Below, in pieces: positions 41,540-53,668 of a DNA stretch of 64,000 nt (position 1 is its first letter; each line of letters begins with the position of its first letter). Both the position numbers and the translations under genes were made by a program. Source of the DNA: Octopus sinensis (taxonomy: Eukaryota); contig NC_043001.1 of assembly GCF_006345805.1 (NCBI RefSeq), positions 95,976,001-96,040,000 of the forward strand, written 5' to 3'. Below the pieces are notes generated by a model. That model ran no database searches, was not told where the DNA came from, and was given only the letters and a program-made list of their open reading frames with translations.

Positions 41540-41740
41540 GACACAAGACGAGAAATTTTAGGGCAGGGGCTAAGTCAATTACATCGACCCCCAGTACTCG
41601 ACTGATATATATGTTGTAGACCTCCAAAGGAGGAACGGCAAATTCAAACATGGCGTAATTTTAACTTAGAATATAAAGACGGTAGAAATGCAGCCAAGCA
41701 TTTTGCCTAGTGTGCTAACGATTCTGCCAGCTCGAAGCTT
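41540..41740 (-). mobile_element. Diverged SINE family A copy (A2 tail)
   Basis: GGGGCTAAGTCAATTACATCGACCCCC...GTGCTAACGATTCTGCCAGCTCG. Confidence 0.8.
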
Positions 41741-41827
41741 TAACGTGTTCAAAATATATTACTGCAAAATTAGTGACTCTATCAGCTGGCGCGGAAATAA
41801 TTGACAGACGATACTGCCAGACCTTTG

Positions 41828-42245
41828 AAGGTGGCGAGCTGGCAGAAACGTTAGCACGCCGGGCGCAATGCTTTGCAGTATTTCACCTGCCGCTGCGTTC
41901 TGAGTTCAAATTCCACCGAGGTCGACTTTGCCTTTCATCGTTTCGGCGTCGATTAAATAAGCACCAGTTACGCACTGGGGTCGATATCATCGACTTAATC
42001 CGTTTGTCTGTCCTTGCTTGTCCCCTCGGTGTTTAGCCCCTTATGGGTAGTAAAGAAATAGGTATTTCGTCTGCCGCTGCGTTCTGAGTTCAAATTCCAC
42101 CGAGGTCGACTTTGCCTTTCGTCTTTTCGGGGTTGATAAATTAAGTAACACTCACGCACTGGAGTCGATGTAATCGACTTAATCCGTTTGTCTGTCCTTG
42201 TTTGTTCCCTCTGTGTTTAGCCTCTTGTGGGTAGTAAAGAAATAT
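41828..42245 (+). mobile_element. SINE family A head-to-tail dimer
   Basis: Full unit 41828-42060 plus headless unit 42061-42245, flanked by ATAC(T/C)GCCAGACCT at 41811-41824 and 42246-42259. Confidence 0.93.
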
Positions 42246-42359
42246 ATACCGCCAGACCTATACAGTTCATCTAAAACTGAGAACGCAACCTACACGTAGC
42301 AACAGCCAGATTTGCTACTCATCGCATTTATACAACCCTAAACCACAATAGAATGTGAT

Positions 42360-43020
42360 AATTGACACTGCATCGGATTTTTGGACGTCTTCCCTCTCTT
42401 ACAGTACTTTTCCCGCTATCTATCGACACAATCATACTTCAATGTCATGCTACCTCCCAGTACAATGTAGAAGTTGATAGAGTTCATTTTTTAGTGTTAT
42501 TATTTGAGGTGCTGCTCTTGATGGTGTTATATTTTGTTGTTACATTTATTTTCTTTTGTTGTTACATTTAACGTTCTTTATGACTCTTGTTTCAGTATGC
42601 TTTTAAATTCGTTTCCCATTATCATTTTGGTTTTTCCTTGTTCTTAATATTGTTATGGACGTATTTATGATAGTTTCTGCTTTGTTCGTTTTTCCTTTGG
42701 AATTTAAACTATCTTTACATTCATCCAATTACAATGTTCCGTTTGTCATCGTATCTTCCTGTTAGTCCATCTGGTGATATTTCATGATGCTCACATATTC
42801 CTTTCATTCTCTTCGCCATTTACGAGAAATAATTGGAGGAATTTAATTATGGGGCATGAATGCATGTCTGTTTGTATCATTTTTGTTCGAGAGGATACTC
42901 CTAAAAATCATATTGCCAGTATAATGTTATGTGTCTCTTTCAATACCTTGATGTTGGGTTTGATTTCTACTGCTACTACTGTTGATGTTACAGTTGCTTT
43001 CAGTTTACTCTCAGATTTGG
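42360..43020 (-). mobile_element. Possible RTE-like endonuclease/linker remnant
   Basis: EISPDGLTGRYD resembles TWxSPDGxTxNxID; A-rich minus strand. Confidence 0.3.
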
Positions 43021-43037
43021 TGTTCATAGCGAAGCAG

Positions 43038-43634
43038 GCTTGTTTCTTTATTGCCCACAAGGGGCTAAACATAGAGGGTAAACAGAAGGACAGACGAACA
43101 TTAAGTCGATTAGATTGACCCCAGTGCGTAACTGGTGCTTATTTTATCGACCCCGAAAGAATGAAAGGAAAAGTCTACTTCGGCGGAATTTGAACTCAGA
43201 ACGTAACAGCAGACGAAATACCTATTTATTTATTACCCACAAGGGGCTAAAGACAGAAGGGACAAACAAGGACAGACAAACGAATTAAGTCGATTATATC
43301 GACCCCAGTGCGTAATTGGTACTTAATTTATCGACCCCGAAAGGATGAAAGTCAAAGTTGACCTCGGCGGAGTTTGAACTCAGAAAGTAACAGCAGACGA
43401 AATACCTAGTTCTTTACTACCCACAGTGGGCTAAACACAGAAGGGACAAACAAGGACAGACAAACAGATTAAGTCGATTATATCGACCTCAGTGTGTAAC
43501 TGGTACTAATTTAATCGACGCCGAAAGGATGAAAAGCAAAGTCGACCTTGGCGGAATCTGAACTCAGAACGTAGCGGCAGGTGAAATACCGCTAAGCATT
43601 TCGCCAAGCGTGCTAACGTGCCAGCTCGTCGCCT
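43038..43634 (-). mobile_element. SINE family A head-to-tail trimer
   Basis: Full unit 43407-43634 plus headless units 43223-43406 and 43038-43222. Exact 15-bp TSD TTCATAGCGAAGCAG at 43023-43037 and 43635-43649. Confidence 0.95.
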
Positions 43635-43756
43635 TTCATAGCGAAGCAGTCTACACATTTTTTTTACCTAAGTATAGCAAGTCATCTTGCTTGAGGTGTC
43701 ATCAAGTTTTCATGTTTACTGTAGTAGGATATTCTGTCGTATTGGTCTTTCTATTA

Positions 43757-44040
43757 GGGGCACATGGCCTAATGGTTAGAGCAGCGGACTCGCGGTTGAG
43801 GGATCATGGGTTCGAATCTTCGACTGGGTGATGTTTGTGCTTATGAGCGAAACACTTAAGCTCCACGCGGCTCCGGCAGAAGGTAATGGCGAACTTCTGC
43901 TGATCCTTTCGCCACAAACTTCTCTCACTACCAACGACGGACCGTGTCCCGTCAGGTGGGGAACCTATATGCCAGTGAAACCCGGGAAACAGGCCCTTAT
44001 GAGTTAAGCATGACACGAGAAGGAACAAACAACAACAACA
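43757..44040 (+). mobile_element. SINE family C (tRNA-like head, (CAA)n tail)
   Basis: A box TGGCCTAATGG, B box GGTTCGAATC, then GAGCGAAACACTTAAGCTCCACGCGGCTCCGG; ends GAGAAGGAACAAACAACAACAAC. Confidence 0.88.
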
Positions 44041-45498
44041 TTGGCGTGTCCGTATTTTAGAGTCCTTCATTTTATTCTTGTCATATTTCTGAGAGCATGA
44101 CTTAGGTCTCACAAATAAATACTTTCTATTTCTGACAGAACTTCGTCATTTTTGAGAAGCAGTGTGGTATTTAGATCAGTACGTTTCTTGTAAGCAATAC
44201 TGTTGTGCTTATATAACTTTACATCAAAGTATTAAGCTGTGGTTACGACAGCAAAGCTTTTGATTCTGCTGAGAATGGGCTAATGATGGCGCCGATGCAG
44301 TTTAGGTTTTTACTCTGGTAACGACTTTGTCAGTTATAAAGTTTGTACTGTCGTCGACGAAAGCTTGGAACATTTTTTTTTAAATTATATTTGTTATGCC
44401 CAAGTAAATTTCGATTCCAATGGCATTTAATATAAGAATTCTAATTTTCCATCATACGTTCTAAACATTTCGCCGCGACTGTATTTATGTAGATGTTTTC
44501 CTGCAGATAAATTCACGTTGTGGTTGCTATTTTATGTACTCGTAGCATTGAGTAAACTCTTCTGAGTTAATGGTCCTTGTGGTATTCTGTGCGGTATTCC
44601 ATCCACTAAAACAGGTGGCAGTAGTGTTGCTCTTATTATCACTGCTTGTTATGTGTATGCAGTTGCAGTTGTTGACGATGCTCTTGATATTCATAGCTAT
44701 ATTTATTTTACTGTTTATTCCTATTAACATGTTTGCTTTCGGCAATGTTATAGCCGCAAAATATCTCAGAATAATATTCTGAGAAATTTCCATTTCTATA
44801 ATTTCTTCTACACAAACAACAAAAAATGTCCATATTCAACAGGCCTCTCACCCACCCTCACTGCTTTTTTTCTTCTTAAACCTCATCCCGGTTGTTGACA
44901 TCTTTATAACGATTCTTAAAATAAAACTAAGGTGTAATGTAACAGTGTTTTACCTAATAAAGCAAACGCCGATATTTTGAAGTAAACATCTTTGTGAGTA
45001 TTTTGTGAAAAGCATTCCACGTAAAAAGAAAATATTTGTATCTAAGGAAAAACAACTCTTTCATTTCTCATATGGTCATTGATTACAGCTTGTGTTACTC
45101 GAACAGTGATAATAATTATATTATTAACGGTTTATATTTTGAGCACAAGGCCAACAATTATATTAGGAGCAGATTAATCAAGGCAAAGCAAAATTATTGC
45201 TCAGTATTTTTTTCCGATAGTCAATCGTCTCTGTTAAATCGATGATGATAATTATGACAATCTAAAATGGAAGAATGGCGATCATTTCAAGATTAAATAT
45301 GATAATGTAATTTTAATCTAATTCGGTACATCACTGGAACTTTCACTAACCATCTCTTAAAACCAATATGTAAGATCGGCTGTGTTTCGAAATGATATTA
45401 TGTACAATATGATACAGAATACAGGATCAAATATAATCTCTCTTTAAGAGACACGTGTGTAACATAATATTTCATTCTGTAAAATCTTAAATAGCTAT

Positions 45499-45835
45499 AT
45501 CACCTTGATCACCTTGACCGACCAGTCCATTGGAGGTCCATTTGACACCGCTGGTCACCGCGCGCTATCCACTCATCTCTGGATCGCGCCTTTCTCATCC
45601 ACGTGATCCCAATCAACCCCCTAAAATCGTACCTCCACCGCCGTAGATGCCTTTCAAGTGATCGTTTCCGCTCGCGCTGGTGCCACTCGACAACTCTGCG
45701 GGTCCACCGATTATCGGCGATCCGGGCGACGCGTCCAGCCCATCTGAACTTGCTGCGTGTATATTCTACGATGACATCACTCTCGCCGGACTTCTCTCTG
45801 ATGACCTCGCTCCTGATGTGCTCTCTTTTTCGGAA
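45499..45835 (-). mobile_element. RTE-clade LINE 3' end, 5'-truncated
   Basis: Minus strand RKREHIRSEVIREKSGESDVIVEYTRSKFRWAGRVARIADNRWTRRVVEWHQRERKR, the RTE C-terminal signature; tail with (CAAGGTGAT)2. Confidence 0.93.
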
Positions 45836-47299
45836 TCTCGTTGAGAAATAATTATATATATGGATATTTTGTAAAATTCAGTTGCTTCAGGTGTGTCACA
45901 GATTTCCTATAATTATAGGAAAATAGAACACTAAAACAATGACAAACTGTAAAATGTAACGAAGAATGTTAACATAGCATGCGTCTGCGCAATTTGCTAG
46001 AAATATGAAAAAAAAAATGAACGCAAAATAATATTCAGGATATATGCGAGGACCACTCACTGTCGACTGACATTTTAGTAGTTATTGTTGAAAGTTTGGA
46101 TATTGTTAGATATTATACATTTGATATATACGGAAACATTCGGCAGAAGTGTAGAATTAAATCAATATATGTCTCTATACTTATATATCATTTCCTATGC
46201 TTATACAGACATTCGTAAATATATGCCTCAATGAAAGCTAATCAAAACGGTCGTATTTTTGTTTTCCGTTATTTTTGTTATGTAAATTCTTCCGGAATTG
46301 CGCAAAGATTTATAGTTGTTTATTTCTTTTATATTTTTTTTTATTTTTTTGTCTGCGGTACGTTTTTTTTTTAATATTTCATAGAAAATTTCAAAATATT
46401 ATATTCGAGCGATGTTATATTTTGTAATTACTTTTATTTTCTATTTTAAAAATAAATCTTTAAAAAAATGGCCAGTCAAATTCTAGCTTTGTTTCCTGTT
46501 GTACGTAATCTACTTACTCATGTAAATATATTGTCTATTTCCTTAAAATAGACACAAGCAAAAATATTAAAAAAACACTTATTTATGTAATAATGCATAT
46601 AGAAAATGTCTGAAAATATCTCTTAGTCATCATGAATTATAAAAGAGCATGAAGTGTTTTAATGCAATAGGTTAGATTTATGATAAATCTGTCCGCGACA
46701 CTAAGACTTATCTAATTTATCTTAATTTATGCTGATAATGGAAAACAGAAGGATACCTTGGTAGCCCATGCATAATTATTCTTCAGGCAAGACGAGACAT
46801 TGCTTATTTGCATCATTCTTGCTTTGTTTTTTTTTTTTTCAAAATTATTAAAATTGTTCAAGTTTTACAATTATACGTTGGGTTTCAGTTTCTATACATT
46901 TTCTGCCTTTTCACCTCGGCAAAAGTCATCTAATAGACAACAATGTCTGCTACAATACTGATGCCGTTGATAACAGTTTTTGTCAAACTGCAATGTTACA
47001 AGACTTGAAGTGACACGCAGAGACTTCCAATCCTACGCATGTAGAAATAAACGTCAAATTTTTCTCTTTTTTGATTTTATTGTTGCCTTAGTGTCATTTG
47101 AATTTCGTAAAAGACGAATAGCTCATCGAAGAAAAAGTAAATTCGGAAAAATAATTATGACAATAGTTGTATTCAATGGCTGTAGCAATAGTTTTCATAG
47201 CTGCATCAATATGGGTTCGGAAGTGTTAGTATGCCCAAATCAGTTGATTTTTATCAATTTTTGACGTTGTGCTCGTTATGGTGGACTTGTGATAAGAGT

Positions 47300-48150
47300 G
47301 TTGAGCGTTGATTGACCTCTCTCTAGCCTAATCCCCATATGTAATACTCCAGTGTATTAAAGCCTTGTGAGTTAGGAGGCCATGTATGTGGGAGAATGTG
47401 ATCATAGGAATGGCACACATGCACGCGTCGATTGTCCTAGCCTTATGAGACGGTGTACAGTCTTGTTGGAAGATGTATGGTTTTCTGCTGCGTACACTTG
47501 CTATCCAGGGCCTCACGACTATCTCCAACACAACTGTATTGACAGCAACATTGACTCCTAAGCTTTGTGACAAAACAAAAGAAAACGCGAGGTGGCATGA
47601 TATCTCCTTCCTTACTGAACACACCCAGAACCAACAGACTTGCTGTGAACTTCGTATGCATGACCGTTTCTCGTATGCATTCCTTTCTCTGCGTAATCAT
47701 CTGTTTTTCTTTCGGTTACTGTTTCGGTTATGAACGAAATTTTTCTTATAGGAGAAAACCAAAATTATCCCAATCTCTTGGTGCTTTAATTTCCTCAGCA
47801 AGCATTTAGCACAGTTCAAACAATTAGCTATTGTCACATCCAACATAAACTACCCTCTCCGCATCACATGCGACTGTGCCAGAAATTCTCATGTACAACT
47901 CTTCTTGTGGTGCATTCTGCAACCTTAAGTTCTATTGACTATCGGATTTTATTGATTGATTGTCAGAATCTTTGTACGATTGTATGTGTTCCGATAGTAT
48001 TACAGCCTTTTACTTGCATTTAGCAACCGTGCTGTACCCATGTCAGCGGTATGGAAACAAGGGATCATGAAATTTTCTGGAAGTCTGCTATCTCTGTATG
48101 ACTGTGCTGCACTTTTAAGACGATGATCATTTGGCGAGTAAGCCCGTTAT
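47300..48150 (-). pseudogene. DD37D/maT-type Tc1/mariner transposase remnant
   Basis: TVMHTKFTASLLVLGVFSKEGDIMPP, VLEIVVRPWIA..KPYIFQQDCTPSHKART and WPPNSQGFNTLEYYIWG across frameshifts. Confidence 0.88.
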
Positions 48151-48401
48151 CTTTCATTATATATCTAAAAATTAAGGTATGAATAATAAGTTAGAGGAAA
48201 GTGAGATATCTTGAAAGGATTGTCCTGAAAAACTCACGTACACACCATGTTTTACAGGAGAATCACACAATATGTGGGTGTGTATACATATATAACACAC
48301 ACAGACACGGACACACAGGTGCGCACACCATACAAGAACACACGCGCATACACACACATATACACACACAAAAAACAAGCACACACAGACAGACACACAC
48401 T

Positions 48402-48444
<43 letters not shown>

Positions 48445-48672
48445 CAAGCTGAATGGTGAATCGGGATAAGTAATCCAGTTGTGTTGTTTCCCTCATGAAC
48501 TACTTTTTGGCTTTTGCGCCATGCAGATGTGTTTCATAGACTTTCATGGAACGTACCGACAGTATATAGAGACAGATGAATAGTTGTTGACATGGTAATG
48601 GCATCGTCCAGATTAGTTTAATAGAGGATCACGAAAGAATTGTAAACTAAGAAATTAGTTATCTACCTCCAT

Positions 48673-48674
<2 letters not shown>

Positions 48675-48734
<60 letters not shown>

Positions 48735-49101
48735 GGCAGTTTGTCTGTGCGTGTTTCTGTGTGTCTGTTTGCTTGTACCCTCACCCTGACCACGGCTTTC
48801 AACCGATTCTGATGAAACTTGACACACACATAGCCCAATGTCATAATTCAAAACTAACGCAGCAAAAATTTTGAAAAGTTCCCCCAGTTCTGAAAAAAAT
48901 CGATAAATTCGACATGGGGTCGAGAATCAGGAACTCAAACCACAAACTGTGTAGGGGACGCAACTCCACCTTTTTTAACTATCAAAAAAAATTTACCATA
49001 ATTTTTTTCCATTTTTTTGCTATTTTTTGGCTATAACTCTCTAAAAATGCTTTATAGTTATTTCCTTTACAAACCTGAGCAACGCCGGGCGATACTGCTA
49101 G
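48675..49101 (+). mobile_element. Short non-autonomous Helitron
   Basis: 5' TC then an expanded (TA)n and AAACGGCAGTTTGTCTG; internal CCGATTCTGATGAAACTTG; 3' hairpin CCTGAGCAACGCCGGG followed by TACTGCTAG|T. Confidence 0.85.
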
Positions 49102-50064
49102 TATATATATATATGGTAGAGAAAAGAGATAGAGAGAGGGTTAGGGAGAAGAGTGAAATTTTTTTTAAATGGCGTAGTCTCAAGCACTTCATAATATGTG
49201 CGCTGTTTTCCAGAAAATGCCGAAATGATTACATATGAGTAGAAGAAATATCATGTAATAATACATGTCACCCAGCCTCTTACATGCAGAAGCATTGGCA
49301 ATTAGTTAATTGACTAGCATCGACTCAAATTAAGATATGAATAAGATGCAAATTGATATTAATTTCATAAGTTCATAATTGTACGTGTAACATGATATTT
49401 GAATATTTTTGGTATGCTGGCATGAAGAATTAGCATGCGATATTTTCAAAGAAAGAGCTAAAATGTTCATGTACTGAGTTTTGTGTAAGATGGTGGGAAA
49501 ATTCACTTGTGAAAGAATTATTAGGATTATTAATAAACTTGTTTATACACTATGGAATCATATAGTCCTTCTCAGTACCACGGAGCTTCTACATTGCCTT
49601 ATTTTTGGGTATCGCAGGTTTTTAAGCGTTGTGTACAGACATACACGCATATAGGTAAGTGAACGTATACTCACACTCGTACACATACATACACGCCCAT
49701 ACACATGATATAAATACCTATAAATAATATCATGAAATATCGGGTCGAGGAATCCTTTTCGATAGAAAAAGCCGGAGGCTCCGTCTATGAGACTTTCTTG
49801 ACAAAAGGAATTCGACGAACCCAATATTTACAACTTAGAATAGTATCTATATTCTTCGAGATTCAGTGCCAAAAGAAATGGACATATTTGATCAACTCAT
49901 CTTTATATATCCTTATGACATCAGCTATATACATGTACTTATTAATGTCTGTGTGTGTGAGTGTGTTTGTAGAGAAAGAGAGAGAGATAGCGAAAAAGAG
50001 AGAGATAGCTGTGAGCCTGCGCACTAGATGCTATCTATACAGGTATATGTGTGTATGAGTATAT

Positions 50065-50356
50065 ACTCTTTTACTATTTTATTTCTTTCAGTCATTTCAC
50101 TGCAGCCATGCTGGAGCGCCACCTTTAGTCGAGCAAATCGATCCTAGGATCTATTATTTTGTAAGCTTAGTATTTATTGTATCGGTCGCTTTTGAACTAA
50201 CTGCTAAGTTCCTGGAACGGAAACACACTAGCATGGATTGTCAAGCGATGGTGGAGGAACAATCACAGGCATACAAGCATACACACACACATACATACAT
50301 ACATACATACATACATAGATACATACATACATATACACACATACACACTCACAGAT

Positions 50357-50389
<33 letters not shown>

Positions 50390-50493
50390 CGACGGACTTC
50401 AATCAGTTTCCGTCTACCAAATCCACTCACAAGGCTTCGTTCTGCTCGAGGCTATAGTAGAAGACACTTGGCCAAGGTACTATGCAGTGGGCC
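50065..50493 (-). mobile_element. SINE family B, 5'-truncated, expanded internal (CATA)/(CA) array
   Basis: Tail TTTCAGTCATTTCACTGCAGCCATGCTGGAGCGCC; CAGTTTCCGTCTACCAAATCCACTCACAAGGC..AAGACACTTGGCCAAGG. Confidence 0.92.
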
Positions 50494-50529
50494 ATACATA
50501 CATACATACATACATACGTACATACATAC

Positions 50530-50561
<32 letters not shown>

Positions 50562-50568
50562 TATATAT

Positions 50569-50609
<41 letters not shown>

Positions 50610-50637
50610 CATGCATACATACATACATATATATTAT

Positions 50638-50698
<61 letters not shown>
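50494..50698. repeat. (CATA)n/(TA)n microsatellite
   Basis: Direct reading. Confidence 0.95.
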
Positions 50699-50702
<4 letters not shown>

Positions 50703-50802
50703 TTAATCCAAACATGAAAACACAAAGAGAAAACACAACAACGCGAGGACGTGGAACAAATATATTATTATTGGACGCTCAGGAAGGAAGGGAAGAAGGA
50801 GG

Positions 50803-50837
50803 GTTTAACGTTTCGAGCGGAGCTCTTTGTCAGAAAC
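50803..50837 (-). ncRNA. Minimal hammerhead ribozyme motif with G8>A core mutation, in a TA-flanked fragment (50699-50910)
   Basis: Minus strand GTTT-CTGACAA-A-GAGC(TCC)GCTC-GAAA-CGTT-AAAC: stems I and II pair, stem III is the palindrome AACGTT. Confidence 0.6.
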
Positions 50838-51574
50838 ATAGTTAAAGGAAAGATCTAGAGAAGGGAAGAAGGAGGAAAATAATCGCCAACGGTACACACG
50901 CGGTCACATTATATATATATTCATTCGCCTTTTGTCAAAAGGAGCCAAATCCTCAAAAGTTGAAAGGAGCATATTTCTCATAAATTATTACTGAGAACAG
51001 TGAGTTTGAAAACAGTGTAGCACAGCCATTACATGTGTATCATATATTTGTTCAAACTGCCTTATCTAAAGATGAACAATGACAATGATGACAGCAATAC
51101 TTCGAAGAAAACATTGGCTTTTACAACATTTATTCACTTTCATTGCTACAATCATATTTGAGCAAACAGATGTTTACTTCTAAATGGAAGCCAGAATAAA
51201 GTGTTTCGCACTGGTTTCAATGACCTGCCATCATGTTATTTAATTACCAGAACACCCGACTGATTGTGGTTGAATAATTGTCAGACACATGTAAACCTTA
51301 TTCAAACAGTGATAAGCTGTGTGACAAACATGGTCATTTGCTTTAAATTGGCTATTTCTTTCGACAGTTGTCTACACCGTTTTGACAAAACCTATTTTAA
51401 TTCTGGGGCTCTGGTAAAAGCAGCAATCCCCAGGTTTTCGCCGTTAGATGAAACGCGAAACTTTTGTATCGCTAAGAGAATTTCCTGATTTCCTCTGCAT
51501 TCGGGCATAACTATTCCGATTTAGCTGAAAATCACGTACACATATAACCACTTACAGATATATAAATGAGTGTT

Positions 51575-51613
<39 letters not shown>

Positions 51614-53668
51614 CGCTTCGTACATTCAATGTATCTAGAAAAGAACACCATTTAATAACGTTGCATAAGACGATTTATTTGGGAATTGCATACGTGCTAC
51701 ACTATTCTAAGAGATAAATGTAATTAACATAAAACGATAATACAAAAAAACCAAATCAGGTAGTATAAAACATACCGAAACAATGTATCGCAACTATGCA
51801 AGAGAAAAGTTAATAGTAAATAACAAACAAAACGAGAAAAAATACATCAGTCATCTTGGAAACAATATGCTTAGATCTTACATAATAAAAGATTTGATGC
51901 TATTATCTAAAGAGTTAAAAAGAAACAAAAAACCTTTTAAAAATCTTATTATCTTTGCACACTCAAAAAAGAAAAAAATAATTCAACATACACAAATATA
52001 TAAGTAGCTAGGAAAAAGAAAAAGAGAGAAAATTAACTGCAGAAATGATAACAATGAAGTTAATGATTGTTGTATAGTGACTAACAAAACATCAACAACA
52101 ACAAGAACAACACCCACGACGAAGACGACGATAACGTCAACGTCGACGGAGACGATGATAAAGCCGATGATGATGATGAAGAGGCGGACACTACTATAGG
52201 CGCAAGGTTTGAAACTTTTTTTGAAGGGAGGGGCTAACCGATGAGTTCATCGATCCCAGTCACCTTGTACATCCGTGCAATAGGCGAACCGTGTACACTA
52301 AGCAACGGAAATTTTATCAAACTCTCGGGCGAGGCGAAATGAACAGACGCATGAACATTAAATACGTAAAAATCATATTAAGATATAAAGTGAATATGCC
52401 CTTATAAAGGAGTATATGCCAAATCCAGATATTTAAAAGTGCGGTAAAGAAAGTTTTGAGTAGTTCTCCTACATATAAGCGAAAAATAGCAAGGTAGGAT
52501 ATATTATATTATCACCCATCTCCTCCAATCTTGAAGAGCCAGTTGATGCCCACAAACTTATATGGCTTCGTAAAATGTGACATATTTTTGCTAATGTTAT
52601 AAGCAGTCACGTGCCAAGATTTGACATGTGTTGGTTATTCCAAGAGCAGCGTGACCCCTTCTCCAAGGAGATTAAGTAGGCTTCTTTTCAGTTTGAGAAG
52701 GAAATTCCTTGTCTTTATAAAAGAAAATCTTCCCTTAACATAAGATAGTCGCCAAAATGCACATGGGAATCCTTTCTGTAGGTGAAGCTCTTTTAGTTTG
52801 TCTTTTTTGTTTTGTTTTGTTTTTTTTGCTTTTTTAGGAGGAGGAGGAATTGACATTTTTCGAAATTTTGTCCGAAAGAGGTTTGTAATGAACGATCAGT
52901 ATCCATCAGAGCCCATCTACGCAAGGACATCAAGGAAAGCAATAGTGAGGGGTGGATTGATTATTTTTCGTTTTCTCTCGGATTTCGCTGTTCCTGACCA
53001 TTTCATCGAGATTTCCATTCCAATATCTCCATATAGTCACTGCTGGTTTTAACTAATGGAATACATATCTTGGCTTCTTGCTCATATTTCCAACCTAATG
53101 ACGTAGCGCCCTTCACCGATGTTTCTGAAGTAGAACATTTAACGCTCGAGAATATTTTTTTAATAATAAATCATTTCTAGCAGAATTTCCCGAGTTGTAG
53201 TGATCTCAAAGTTATGTTACCAAAAGTTTTGCAAATGTTGTCACCAGCCCATTTTTGCGACAGATGTGATTCCCCTCATCGTCGATGACCCTTGTTTTCC
53301 CTGCGCCCCAATCACTGTGGCTAGTTTATAACAAGTCAATATTTTCAATTGAACTTGCGCTATTTCAGAGTTTGGAAATTTTTGCTCCACATATCATCAA
53401 GAGAAGTAAATATATTCTGTATTCAAAACACAAAAAAGGCCCCTGTTATTTAAGCGTGGCACATTATGCGAAACTTTTATTTATCTATTTATTTATCTTA
53501 ATTTTTTATTTTACACATGCTTAAATAGGCACCTGGTTCCGTGAAACTATGGTCAAGCACTATTGCTTCATTGTAAATATTCCATATTATGCAACATTTT
53601 GTTGAAAATGTCGTTGGTCAATACCAGATTCCAACCTAAGTTCATAATAGTAACATTTGACGATGTTG

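Noticed and set aside
43038-43634. CRISPR-like or satellite array
   Set aside because: The units are SINE bodies with no unique spacers, in a eukaryotic context, and a TSD flanks the array
43757-43830. tRNA gene (also the heads at 8149, 28094 and 54065-54138)
   Set aside because: A and B boxes are present, but there is no paired acceptor stem and the sequence continues into SINE bodies
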